NCBI RefSeq assembly: GCF_006345805.1
Contig: NC_043012.1
Coordinates: 16,492,001 to 16,556,000, forward strand
Length of the DNA stretch: 64,000 nucleotides
Direction of reading: 5' to 3'
DNA from: Octopus sinensis
Lineage: Eukaryota
The first letter of the stretch is position 1, and the number at the start of each line of letters is the position of its first letter. Of the stretch, positions 27,001-39,168 are shown one piece after another. The notes below the pieces were generated by a model. The model was not told the origin of the DNA. It did not search any database and saw only the letters and a list, made by a program, of their open reading frames with translations. A program made the translations under genes and the position numbers.

Positions 27001-27531
27001 ACATGTATGTTCCTTAATGCCAGTCAAAAGCAATAGGAGTGGTCAATACATTTCGTAGAAGATATCCTCTTTTACTCTGTTGTGTGTTTCAGTCATTTTA
27101 CTGCGACCATGCTGGAGCACCGCCTTTTAGTCGAACAAATCGACCTCAGGGCTTATTGTTTGTAAGCTTGATACTTATTCTCTCAATCTCTTTTGCCGAG
27201 CTGTTAAGTTGCAGGGACATAAACAAACCTGCATCAGTTGTCAAATGACATTGGGGGGCAGACAAACACATACACAAAGAAACACACACATATATATATA
27301 CATATATATACATACACACAAGAGGCTTCTTTCAGTTTCCATCTACCAGATCTACTCACAAGGCTTTGGTCAGCACGAGGCTGTAGTAGAAGACACTTGC
27401 CCAAGGTGCCGCGCAGTGGGACTGAACCCAGAACCAAGTGGTCAGGAAGCAAGCTACTTATTAAAACTTTGTGTTTGCCTTGGAACTTGAATTTCATGCA
27501 ACTACAATCTTGAGGATATATATATATATGC

Positions 27532-27595
<64 letters not shown>

Positions 27596-27596
27596 A

Positions 27597-27630
<34 letters not shown>

Positions 27631-27970
27631 TGTGTGTATGTGTTTCTTTGTCCACACATGTGCCACTGCTCAATAACAGGTGTTGCTTTATTTACATCTC
27701 TGTAACCTAGCAGTTCAGCAAAAAAAACTGTTACAGAAAATCCCAGGACTTTGCAATAAGTACTAGGATCAATTTGTTTGACTAAACCCATTGCTGTGGT
27801 GCTCCAGCATGACCACAATCTAAAGGCTGAAACAGTTTAAAGATGAAAGATTAAAAATACCCAGTTACATTTGATCATCTTTCATTTATCGTTCCCTAAA
27901 AGTCATTCACAAATACCTGGGATCCATCCTGTGTAAATTCTCTTGGGTCTGTTAATAATAGATTGTGAGA

Positions 27971-28133
27971 TTATTTACATTATTTACATTTCACGGATAT
28001 TTGTCCTCATCTTGTTTGTTGTTAACACAACATTTCAGCTGATATACCCTCCAGCCTTCATCAGGTGTCTTGGGGAAATTTTGAACTCGGGTTCTCATTC
28101 CTAAGGTATTTTTCAATGTTATTATTATTATTG

Positions 28134-28169
<36 letters not shown>

Positions 28170-28302
28170 TCACTGCCAGGAATTGAACTTGGAATCTTGG
28201 GGTTTAGAGTGCGGGCTACTAACCCCAAGATTCTGAGTTCAATTCCAGGCAGTGATCTGAATAATGATAATGATAATAATAATAATGATAATAATAATAA
28301 TG

Positions 28303-28342
<40 letters not shown>

Positions 28343-28525
28343 CATTGAAAAATACCTTAGGAATGAGAACCCAGGTTCAAATTTCCCCAAGACACCTGAT
28401 GAAGGCTGGAGAGTATATCAGCCGAAACATTGTGTTAACAACAAACAAGATGAGGACAAATATCCGTCAAATGTAAATAATGTAAATAATGTAAATAATT
28501 CCTCATCTCTTAAATATAGAACTGT
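27971..28525. mobile_element. Palindromic non-autonomous Penelope-like element with tRNA-like core and twin hammerheads
   Basis: Arms 27971-28207 / 28219-~28490; 13-bp TSD ATAGATTGTGAGA (27958-27970, 28526-28538). Confidence 0.8.
28391..28436 (+). ncRNA. Minimal hammerhead ribozyme motif (mirror 28024-28069 minus)
   Basis: gacac-CTGATGA-a-ggctgg..tcagcc-GAAA-catt-gtgtt; the arms read GAAACATT and GAAATGTT, implying ancestral GAAACGTT (palindromic ACGT stem III). Confidence 0.7.
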
Positions 28526-28927
28526 ATAGATTGTGAGACCTTCTATATCAGGAATCAAAGAACTCAGATAAATTACCCCAAATGGGGAGGAAGATTTAAC
28601 CCTTTAGTATTCAGATTACTTTAGCAAATGTAATTTCTTACTTACTCACCTTGTTTTGAACTAATCATGCATTATTTGGTAGTTTAGTAAGATGGCAAGC
28701 TGGCAAAAGTATTGGCATGCCGGGTGAAATACTTAGCAGTATTTCATCTGTCTTTATGTTCTGAGTTCAAATTCCGCTGAGGTCGACTTTGCCTTTCATC
28801 CTTTCAGGGACGATAAATTAAGTACCAGTTGCATACTGGGGTCGATCTAATCGACTGGCCCCCTCCCACCAAATTTCGGGCCTTGTGCCTAGAGTAGAAT
28901 AGATTATTTGGAAGTTTAGAAATTTCA

Positions 28928-29301
28928 ATGATGTGATTGTTTAGTTATAGAATGGCTTTGTAGAGTTGATGTGAGAGGCAGGATCTGGTCAATTTGAACA
29001 TCATCATCATCATTTAGCGTCCGTTTTCCATGCTAGCATGGGTTGGATGGTTCAACTGGGGTCTGTGAAGCTGGAAGGCTTCATCAGGCCCAGTCAGATC
29101 TTAGAAACACTGCCAGATCTGACTGGGCCTGATGAAGCCTTCCAGCTTCACAGACCCCAGTTGAACCATCCAACCCATGCTAGCATGGAAAACGGACGCT
29201 AAATGATGATGATGATGATGATGATGATGTTCAAATTGACCAGATCCTGCCTCTCACACCAACTCTACAAAGCCATTCTATAAACTAAACAATCACATCA
29301 T
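28928..29301. repeat. Near-perfect foldback (arms 28928-29101 / 29115-29301) of a family D tail plus target flank
   Basis: Direct reverse-complement match with 13-nt loop TAGAAACACTGCC. Confidence 0.9.
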
Positions 29302-30742
29302 AAAAAAGTTAAAATATTTTAACCAGATATGGTCAGTTTGAATGTTTGAGGATCAGTCGTGAGTTAAACATGCAGCTTGAGAAATTTTTTCTCAAAATTT
29401 CAGTCACATGGATTTAATCATAAAACAAAGAACTGTTTTTATTGCTTGACAATACATGCTGTTATTTTTTTGCATAATTTCTTTTGTCACATAAAATTGG
29501 CATTATTCTAAATTTTTTAGATATTATGCCTCTGCCATTTTACGTGTTTTTGTTTGAAAATTTATGCGTTTTTCCTTCTCCATTTTTAAAAGACTTCTTT
29601 GTCATGCAAGCAAAGCTATTCATTATTTGCAATTTTATGCCAAGTGAACTGTGAAAATTGTTTAAAATAATAAATAATTTTCATTCAAAACTCTTGAATC
29701 CACATCATTTATACTTCCTGAATAAAATAATAAATAAATAGGATAAATGATGCAGAGCCTGTATTACATCTATTCAGGGTTTCACTTTTATCGTTTACTT
29801 GTCTCAGTTACCATTTATGTTTTTTTTTTATTGACCACAGTACTTATTTTTTTTTAATCTGTTACTTCTTCTATCAGTCTCTCTTGCCAAACTGCTACAT
29901 TATGGAGGTGTAAACAAACCAATACCAGTTGTCGAGCGGTGGAGAGTAGGACAAATAGTTGTTTGGTGTATGTATGATAGGATAGGCTGGGAAATGAGTT
30001 GAAGTTGACCCTAACAGGAATGTCATCCGGCCTTTTGTAAACTCTTCTATGGTGTACTTTTGCAAAAAAAACAGATGTGAAAACAAAGGTGGTGGTGGTG
30101 GTGGTGGCGGCGGCGGTTGTGGTGGGAGATTATTACTTCCCTTAGAAACAAGTTGAAGTTGACCCTAACAGGAAGGTCATCCAGCCTTTTTGTAAACTCT
30201 TCCATGATGTAATCCTTTCAGACTCATGTAAGTCAGCAAAAATTGATGTGAAAACAATGATGATGATGATAATGATGATGATGATGATGATTATGATGAT
30301 ACATTGTGTCTTAGTGTTTGGGGGTATTCAGTTCATGATCATAAGGTCATGGGTTCAATCCCCGTTGGCATGTTGTGTCCTTGAGCAAGCCACTTTATTT
30401 CATGTTGCCCTAGTCCACTCAGCTGACAAAAATCAGTTGTACCAGTAATTAAATAAGGGCCAGCATCGTCACATTCTGTGTCACATCGGATCTCACTGAG
30501 AACTACAATAAGGGTATGTTTGTCTGTGGAGTACTCAACCACTTGCAAATTTATAATTAATCCTTTTGATACCCACTGACTGATACAAACTTCCTGTCTA
30601 AAGTGATCTAAAGATACCATATGAATGAGCCTTTTGTTTACAAAGATTCTGCAAGAGGTCAAGAAGGCAGATATGCTTTTGAAGAGTGGTCTGCAAGCAA
30701 ACAATATTATCAGCAACTACTATCGTAGAAGTAAAACTTCAG

Positions 30743-30814
30743 TCCTCACTAGTGTGGTGGTAAGTGTACCTGCTCATCATACAGGAGACCATGTTTCAAT
30801 TCCCCACTAGGGAG
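30743..30814 (+). pseudogene. tRNA-Asp-derived pseudogene (anticodon position ATC)
   Basis: TCCTCACTAGTGTGGTGGTAAGTGTACCTGCTCATCATACAGGAGACCATGTTTCAATTCCCCACTAGGGAG is colinear with eukaryotic tRNA-Asp(GTC) TCCTCGTTAGTATAGTGG..GGAGACCGGGGTTCGATTCCCCGACGGGGAG; stems are degraded. Confidence 0.65.
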
Positions 30815-32352
30815 GCAATTAAGCACTTTAGGTGGTGAGTGGGCAGTGTCGTTAGCATGCCAGATGAAATACTTAGTGACATTGCTTCTTTCTTTATGTT
30901 CTGAGTTGAAATACCACCAAGGTTGACTAAGCCTTTCATCCTTTTGAAGTTGCTAAAATTAGCCCCAGTTGAGCAGTGGGGTCGATGTAATTGACTACCC
31001 TCCCCTCTAAAATTTCAGACCTCGTGCCTATTCAGAAAAGGTTGTACGATTAAGAAAAAATAGACAGAAGAGGATACAGCATATCCTTGGTCCAGTTGCT
31101 GAAGTGTGTCTGCAAGTGACTTTACAAATTCAGAATTAATCTTTTTGATACCCACTGCCTGATACAAACTTCCTGTCTAAAGTGATCTGAATTCAAGCTT
31201 TCCATCTAAATTTCATTTTAATTTACATTCCAAACAGTAGACTAACAATGACAAAGACATTTGACTAAATTCTTAATCATTTTCGAAATTAACTGTAACA
31301 TTTCAATAGAACAATGGCGACAAAATTGTTAAGAAACTTTGATATTCATATTTTGGTCTTTTATTTTTTATCTTTTACTTGTTTCAGTCATTTGACTGTG
31401 GCCATGCTGGGGCACCACCTTGAAGGGTTTTGAGTTTAACAAATCAAACCCAGGACTTATTTTTTTAAGGTCTGGTACTCATTTTATTGAGTTTATTTTT
31501 TTTTTGTCGATCCACTAAATTACAGGGAAGTAAACAAACCAACATCAGTTGTCAGGTGGTGACTGGGGACAAACACACATAGATACACGCACATAGATAC
31601 ACACACACATATATAGATGACAGGCTTCTTTTAGTTTCTGCCTACCAAATCCACTCACAAGGCTTTGGTTGGCCCAAGGCTTTAGTAGAAGACACTTGCA
31701 TAAAGTGCCATAGTTGGAGACTGAATCTGGAACCATGTGGTTGAGAAGCAAGTTTCTTACTACACAGCCACATCTGCATTTGATTTAAAAAAATTTTTTT
31801 TTTGCTAGTTTTAGAGAACTTTCCAGCAGGAAATTTTAAACTTGGATGTGGGAAAAATTCAACTCCTAGGTGAGAAGTTTTCATCCTTGGTAGAGACACT
31901 TCATCACTGATTCATCTTCCGAATTGTTTAAACTAAAATGCTTTATATCTGATGATCTGGTGTAGAGGACAAACGAAACACAAAACAGCGACCACCCACA
32001 TGTATTATGCGTTTTTTCATTTGTTTTGTTGGGTTTTTTTGGGGATTATAATGTTTGATTTTTTTTTTTTTAATTTCCTTTGTTTTCATTCTAAAAGAAG
32101 CATACATATTATGATAGCAATGGATAAAACATTTAATGCCAAATATTTGAAGCTATTTTGTGTTCTAACTTTAATCTTATTTCAATGAATTGAATGTTAC
32201 TTTTCTGTTTTTCTGATTTGAAACAATAGACTCTGTGTGTGTGTGTGTGGGTGTGTGTGTGTGTGGATGTGTGTGTGTTTGTGTGTGTTTACTTGCATGT
32301 CTGTCTGTATGTATGTATGTATGTACACATGTATGTAGGTATTTATAAATGT

Positions 32353-32587
32353 GGTAAGGTGGTGAGCTGGCAGAAATGTTAGCATGCCAGGCGAAATGCT
32401 TAGCCATATTTCTTCTGTCTTTACGTTCTGAGTTCAAATTCCGCCGAGGTCGACTTTGCCTTTCAACCTTTCGGGGTCGATAAATTAAGTACCAGTTATG
32501 CACTGGGGTCGATGTAATTGACTTAATACCTATGTCTGTCCTTGTTTGTCCCCTCTGTGTTTAGCCCTTGTGGATAATAAAGAAATA
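32353..32587 (+). mobile_element. Family B SINE with 15-bp TSD
   Basis: TSD GGTATTTATAAATGT (32338-32352, 32588-32602). Confidence 0.9.
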
Positions 32588-33169
32588 GGTATTTATAAAT
32601 GTATACTCTTTAGGGTTTGTGTGTGTGTGTGAGTGTGTGTGTGTGTGCATGCGTGTGTGTTTGTGTGTGTTTACTTGAATGTATGCATACATGTGTGTAT
32701 GTATGTATACATGTTTGTAGGTATATATAAATGTCTATTCTTTAGGATTTTTTTTTTCACTAGAAGAATTCAAGCTGGCCATTAACTAAGTGGTTAGACC
32801 CTTTTGTTTCACTTCAGACGGGTGTTGGGTGTTAGTGGTCATCTGGATTGGTTGATGTGTCTATAAACACATGTTTGTGCTCATAGGCACCTTGCATTCT
32901 ATGGTGGACATGCATTTCACTTTAGTATACAAGTATCAGTGCTTCGCACTTTTTAGACTTTAGTATACAAGATATGCTGTATCCTCTCTCTGCCTATGTT
33001 TTTTTAATCCTGCTATAATATTTTCTGCAATAGGCACAAGGCCTGAAATTTTGGCGTAGGGCATTAGGCAATTACATCGACTCCGGTGCTCAACTAGCAT
33101 TTATCTGTTTCACTCATATGTGTATATGTTCATGCATTCCATATGTTTATATATGGAAGTGTGCATATA

Positions 33170-33580
33170 GGCGCAGGAGTGGATGTGTGGTAAGTAGCTT
33201 GCTAATCAACAACATGGTTCAGGGTTCAGTCCCACTGTGTGGCATCTTGGGCAAGTGTCTTCTGCTATAGCCCCGGGCCGACCAATGCCTTGTGGGTGGA
33301 TTTGGTAGACAGAAACTGAAAGAAGCCTGTCGTATATATGTATATATATATAAGTGTGTGTGTATATGTTTGTGTGTCTGTGTTTGTCCCCCTAGCATTG
33401 CTTGACAACCGATGCTGGTGTGTTTACGTCCCCGTCACATAGCGGTTCGGCAAAAGAGACTGATAAAATAAGTACTGGGCTTACAAAGAATAAGTCCCGG
33501 GGTCAATTTGCTCGACTAAAGGCGGTGCTCCAGCATGGCCGCAGTCAAATGACTGAAACAAGTAAAAGAGTAAAAGAGTA
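33170..33580 (+). mobile_element. Family C (OR2-like CORE) SINE, full length
   Basis: GGCGCAGGAGTGG.TGTGTGGTAAG head, GGGTTCAGTCCC B box, CTTGGGCAAGTGTC core, (AAAAGAGT)n tail; opposite-strand copy at ~33762-34158. Confidence 0.85.
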
Positions 33581-34776
33581 CATGCCTGGCTTAGGATATG
33601 TACCTGATGGAGAAATCCCTGAATCATTTTACATGTTTCTATAAGTTTTGCATAGGAAACTCGCATGGAGAGTCTCTGGAATGTTCATGTATGTATAAAA
33701 GTATGTATGTATTTGTATGTGCAGGGGGGGGATGTAAATATGTATGTCTGTATGCTTCAATTCTTTTATTCTTTTACTTGTTCAGTCATTTCACAGTGGC
33801 CATGCTGGAGCACTGCCTTTAGTCGAACAAATCAACTCCAGGACTTATTCTTTGTAAGCCTAGTACTTATTCTATCGGTCTCTATTTGCTGGACTGCTAA
33901 GTTACGGGGACGTAAGCACACCAACATCGATTGTCAAGTGATGGTGGCAGGACAAACACAGAAACACACACACACACACGCACACACACACACATATACG
34001 ATGGGCTTCTTTCAGTTTCCATTTACCAAATACGCTCACAAGGCTTTGGTCAGCCTGAGGCTATAGTAGAAGACACTTGCTCAAGGTGCCGCATAGTGGG
34101 ACTGAACCCAGAACCATGTGGTTGGGAAGCAAGTTTCTTACTGCACAGACACACCTGTATATAGAAACAGCAAATGGTAACACCCCACCTTTCACTAACC
34201 CCATTCATTCTGCCATCCTTACTCCACCCCCACCTTTCACTGGAACTATGTTTAACTCCACCCTATGATCTGCCATCCATCACTCTCTCTCTCTCTCTCT
34301 TTCACTCTTTCTTTCTATCTTTCTCTCTCTCCCTCTCCCTTTTAGTCTATTTCCCTCCGTGACTCTTCCCCTCTCTCTCCCTCTCCCCTTTTTGTCTTTT
34401 TCCTTCTCTACCTCTTACCCTCTTTCTCCTCTCCTTCCCTCTTTCACCCCTTTCTCTCCCTCCCATCTCCATCCTTTCCCCCCTCTCTCTCCCTCGGACT
34501 ACTCTTCATTACCCATCACTACTCATGCTTTATCTTGTAATCATTTATTTTCTATTTGCTTCAGGCATTTGAACTTCAACCATTTTGGAGCCATTCTGGA
34601 GCACCATCTAGAAAGGTTTTGTCAAATAAATTGACACCAGCAATTTATTTTTCAATCTGGGACTTGTCCCTTTGGTCTCTATTTACTGCCAACACTGCAT
34701 GTCAAGTAAGGATGGGAAACAAACACAAGCACATATCCACATAAAGACATATAAATACACACCCACACATAGATAT

Positions 34777-34815
<39 letters not shown>

Positions 34816-34827
34816 TATATATGCATA

Positions 34828-35200
34828 CAGGGTGTGTAAGGTATTTGAGGACATATCTTTTCTGGCTCATTGTTGCATTTTTTGCTAACTCTGTATAATC
34901 TTTGTTTCAGAAAATAATAACAGAAGACCCTCAGCTTACTTAAGAAATGCAAAGGCATGCTGTTATTGTGGTTATAAAGGCTGAGCACAGCAATTTAGAA
35001 ATATCTTGATTTTTAAAAGTTGCCACATCTTTTGTCTATAAAGTTTGTAAGGAGCTAGAGACTGAAGATGGAAACGTATCACCAGTATCAAAGCATAAAG
35101 AGCATTCTAAATGCCCTGAAATCATCAGAATACCTGAATTTATCCAGCAAGTTCAACAGACCATTGATTACAATCCTAGAAAGTCCATGGTGTCAATTGC
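34828..35200 (+). mobile_element. 5' fragment of a Tc1/mariner (maT/DD37D-like) transposon
   Basis: TA|CAGGGTG terminus; degenerate N-terminal transposase MQRHAVIVVIKAEHSNLEIS*FLKVATSFVYKV...[22 protein letters not shown]. Confidence 0.6.
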
Positions 35201-35266
35201 GCTAGCATGGAAAAACGGACATTAGACGATGATGATGATGATATATATACATATATATATATATAC

Positions 35267-35335
<69 letters not shown>

Positions 35336-35559
35336 ACACACACGTACATACATACAGAGAGGGTGAGATAGAGAGAGAGAGGGGGAGATAATTGTATAGG
35401 GTACAATTATATTTAAGGGCACAAAAGCTTTTATGCCTATATGCTGAAGGAACAAGTTGAGTACGTCCTACCATTTCAAATATTCACTCCATAAATAATT
35501 GCACAAGCTGAAAGCAGGAAAAACCAGACTGGCTAAAAATACATAAAATAATTCAGATA

Positions 35560-35616
35560 GTTTTGAATTGACTAATTTCTGGATTAGTTTAATAACTTTT
35601 CCTTCATCAGCAAAAC
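35560..35616 (-). ncRNA. Type I hammerhead ribozyme motif
   Basis: gttttg-CTGATGA-a-gga-aa-agtt-atta-aact-aa-tcc-a-GAAA-tt-agtc-aa-TT-caaaac: 6-bp stem I, two-part stem II, stem III ATT/AAT, AUU triplet. Confidence 0.65.
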
Positions 35617-35879
35617 ATACTGGGTGAAATAAATGTAAATAAATGTAAATAACACACACATATAAATAAATAAATAAATACACACACACACACACACAAA
35701 CATACACATATCATCATCATCATCATCATCATTTAACGTCCGCTTTCCATGCTGGCATGGGTTGGACGGTTCAACTGGGGTCTGGGAAGCCAGAAGGCTG
35801 CACCAAGCCCAGTCTGATCTGGCAGTGTTTCTACAGCTGGATGCCCTTCCTAACACCAACCACTCCGTGAGTGTAGTGA

Positions 35880-35910
<31 letters not shown>

Positions 35911-36120
35911 TGCACACAAACAGATCCACACATATACTGACATACTTAAAGGGTAGATATTTATGCATACATACATACACATATATAAATAATAGTAATT
36001 ATATTTCTAAATTTGTATATCAGACCGAAATGTAATTTGAAGGTTAGCAGAGAATGGAATGACAAAACATGTCCTAACAAAGTTTTAGTTCACACATAGT
36101 AGTAATATGTAACAGAAGTA

Positions 36121-36692
36121 TAGAGAATTACTATTTGTAAATCTCTCAATGAGAGATATTCAGCAACAGTACTCTGGAGTAAAGATTTTTTACTGACATA
36201 ACAAGGCAGACCTGGTTTAGGATGAATGTTGCTGTAATTTAGCTTCAGGAGACATCATCTCCAGCTGGCTATACAACACGATCTGTGTCCTTATATTTTC
36301 AAACAAGGGAATCTAGCACCTCCACCCAGCTCAAAACAAATCACGATATCTGCGTATCCTGATTTCCTGGTTATTTCCCTTCATCAGCACAGGATAATTG
36401 TTCTCTCATTGAGAGATTTACAAAAAGTAATTTTCTCTTTTATAGATCAGTGACTAGTTGTCACTTTGAAAACTATATATTTCAAACAAGAATTTGGCAG
36501 CACCACCTCTAACCGAACAATTATCCTGTGCTGATGAAGGGAAATAACCTGGAAATCGCGATACACAGATATTGTTTTGAGCTGGGTAGGAGTGCCAAAT
36601 GCCCTTGTTCGAAAATATAAGGACGTAGATCGTGTCGTATAGCCACATTCATCCTAAACCAAGGCTGCCATGTTATGTTGGCAAATAATCTC
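36121..36692. mobile_element. Inverted-duplicated non-coding Penelope-like element with twin hammerheads
   Basis: 13-bp TSD TGTAACAGAAGTA (36108-36120, 36693-36705); 36515-36692 is an inverted copy of ~36183-36402; extra IR 36123-36158 / 36401-36437. Confidence 0.75.
36526..36568 (+). ncRNA. Minimal hammerhead motif (degenerate mirror 36350-36392 minus)
   Basis: ctgtg-CTGATGA-agggaaataacctg-GAAA-tcgcga-TA-cacag: stem I ctgtg/cacag, palindromic ATCGCGAT stem III, AUA triplet. Confidence 0.7.
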
Positions 36693-37566
36693 TGTAACAG
36701 AAGTAGCCAAATAAATATCCGGTTGCATTGAAATTCTCCAACACATAGCTGCTACATGTAGAACCAATATTGCATTTAAACATATATATCTCAGCCACTT
36801 CTTCTTTAGCTCTCTCTAACCCTTTTGCTTTCCTTCTTTTTTTCTGTATTTGGTTTCAAAGAAATGAAATTGTATTCCATAAATGGTTTAGAGTTTGCAT
36901 TTCTTAGAAAACTGTTGATGGTGATGAGTCACATCCTTACTACTCAGAATTTTCTTGCATATAACAGGCAAACGCTGCATAAGGGTCAACCATCAGAAGT
37001 CACCTAATCTGTGTGTGTGTATGAAACTGAAGAAAAAATGTTTATATGTGTAGTAAGAAACTTGCTTCCCAACCACATGTTTCCGGGTTCAGTCCCACTG
37101 CATGGCACTTGGGCAAGTGTCTTCTACTATAACCTCAGGCCAACAAAAGCCTTGTGAGTGGATTTGGTAGATGGAAACTGAAAGAAAGCCATCGTATATA
37201 TATATTTATATATATGCATGTATGTATGTATTTGTGTGTCTGTATTTGTCCCCCCACCATCGCTTGACTTCTGATGTTGCTGTGTTTACGTCACCATAAC
37301 TTAGCAGTTTAGCAAAAGCGAATAATAGAAAAAGTACGAGGCTTACAAAGAATAAGTCGCTTGTTCAAATAAAGGCAGTGCTCCAGCATGGCTGCAGTCA
37401 AATGACTGAGACAAGTAAAAATATAAAAGAATATATATATATATGTATATATGTATAGTTAGTTAGTTAATCCAAACATGAAAACACAAAGAGAAAACAC
37501 AACAATGCGAAGACGTGGAACAAATATAGTATTATTGGACGCTCAGGAAGGAAGGGAAGAAGGAGG

Positions 37567-37601
37567 GTTTTACGTTTCGAGCAGAGCTCTTCGTCAGAAA
37601 C
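37567..37601 (-). ncRNA. Minimal hammerhead motif in a ~220-bp insert within (TA)n
   Basis: gttt-CTGACGA-a-gagc-tct-gctc-GAAA-cg-TA-aaac: ACGT palindromic stem III, GUA triplet. Confidence 0.7.
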
Positions 37602-37711
37602 ATAAGAAAAGGAAAGATCCAGAGAAGGGAAGACGGAGGAAAAAAAATCGCCAACGGTACACAAGCAGTCACACACATATATATTTAGTACATGATATAT
37701 ATATAAAAGGT

Positions 37712-38042
37712 TAAAGAACCTCCTTGGTCATAAGTTACCATGAGATTGCACCTAGAGAGTTTCCCTCCAAGAAACAAGTCCAGACAAGGTTGCATATAGA
37801 AGACCAGCAGTCACCCACATATCCCAGCCGCCCCTCTCTATGTTACCGATATTATTCAAGGCAAAGGCAAAGGGGCCAATACAGCTTGGTACCATTGATG
37901 TCACAACTCATTTCTACAGCTGAGTGAACTGGAGCAATGTGAAATAAAGTGTCTTGCTCAAGAACACAACACACAGCCCGGCCTGAGAATTGAACTCACT
38001 ATCTCATGATCATAAGCCTGATGCTCTAACCACTGAGCCATG
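37712..38042 (-). mobile_element. CORE-type tRNA SINE with RTE/BovB-like tail (OR1-like)
   Basis: Minus-strand head TGGCTCAGTGGTTAGAGC..GAGTTCAATTC, core CTTGAGCAAGACAC, tail ..ATGACCAAGGAGGTTC. Confidence 0.6.
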
Positions 38043-38144
38043 TTTCTACACATACACACGCACATATACACACACTCACACACACACCCACACATACACA
38101 CACATATATACACATATATACATACATAAAAATATATATGTGTG

Positions 38145-38930
38145 TGTGCGTAAACAAATCAAAATAGATGAACACCAATGGAATTTGTATCTTTGTGGTC
38201 TCCGTGCTGGTCTCCGACTGGCCTCCGTGCTGTGGGCAAGTAACAAACACCATCCGATCATGGCCGTTCGCCAGCCTCATCTGGCACCTGTGTCGGTGGC
38301 ACATAAAAACACCATCCGAAGACCCGGCAAGACTAGTCAGGCCATAACCCGTGGCCCCTACCCGTAGTCAATCCACCTGTGCATACCTTCCTTCTTGTGA
38401 CACTTGTGAAGACCTGTTGAGGCAAGTGAAAATCAATCAAAACAAATCAAAATAGATGAACATCAATGGAATTTGTATCTTTGTGGTACCAGTGCCGGTG
38501 GCACACAAGAAAACCATCCGAACGTGGCCGTAGCCAGTACCGCATTGACTGGCCTCCGTGCTGTGGGCACGTAACAAACACCATCCGATCGTGGCCGTTC
38601 GCCAGCCTCATCTGGCACCTGTGTCGGTGGCACATAAAAAACCATCCGAGCGTGGCCGTTGCCAGCCTCGTCTGGCACCTGTGTCGGTGGCACATAAAAA
38701 ACACCATCCGAGCGTGGCCATTCGCCAGCCTCGTCTGGCATCTGTGTCGGTGGCACATAAAATCACCCACTACACTCTCGGAGTGGTTGGCGTTAGGAAG
38801 GGCATCCAGCTGTAGAAACACTGCCAGATCTGACTGGCCTGGTGCAGCCTTCAGGCTCCCCAGACCCCAGTTGAACCGTCCAACCCATGCTAGCATGGAA
38901 AACGGACGCTAAATGAATGATGATGAATGA
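38145..38930 (+). mobile_element. Family D element: ~60-bp internal minisatellite and (TGA)n RTE-like tail
   Basis: Repeats ACCATCCGAGCGTGGCC..TGGCACCTGTGTCGGTGGCACATAAAA, then TGGTTGGCGTTAGGAAGGGCATCC..CATGGAAAACGGACGCTAAATGA; other copies at 43740-44135, 47100-47350, 35710-35880, 60378-60658. Confidence 0.8.
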
Positions 38931-39038
38931 TGATATACATACATAATACATATATATGTATGTATATGTATATATATTCATATACATACATATATATACA
39001 TATATATATGTATATATATATATGTATGTATATATATA

Positions 39039-39079
<41 letters not shown>

Positions 39080-39168
39080 GGATTTACAAAAAAGCAAAGC
39101 AAAAACTGAAGACAGGTGTATAAACAACAAACAGATGTATTAGTTTAATGCTCGGAAAGTGAGACAGG

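Noticed and set aside
29128-29155. CTGATGAAG in the 29-kb foldback as a hammerhead
   Set aside because: No GAAA after the stem; other family D copies read CTGGTGCAG at this position.
31814-31868. Possible 55-nt plus-strand exon (poly-T acceptor, GTGAGA donor)
   Set aside because: Too short to support without homology or a neighbouring exon.
38460-38760. ~60-bp repeats as a CRISPR-like array
   Set aside because: Contiguous tandem units with no unique spacers, inside a eukaryotic retroposon.
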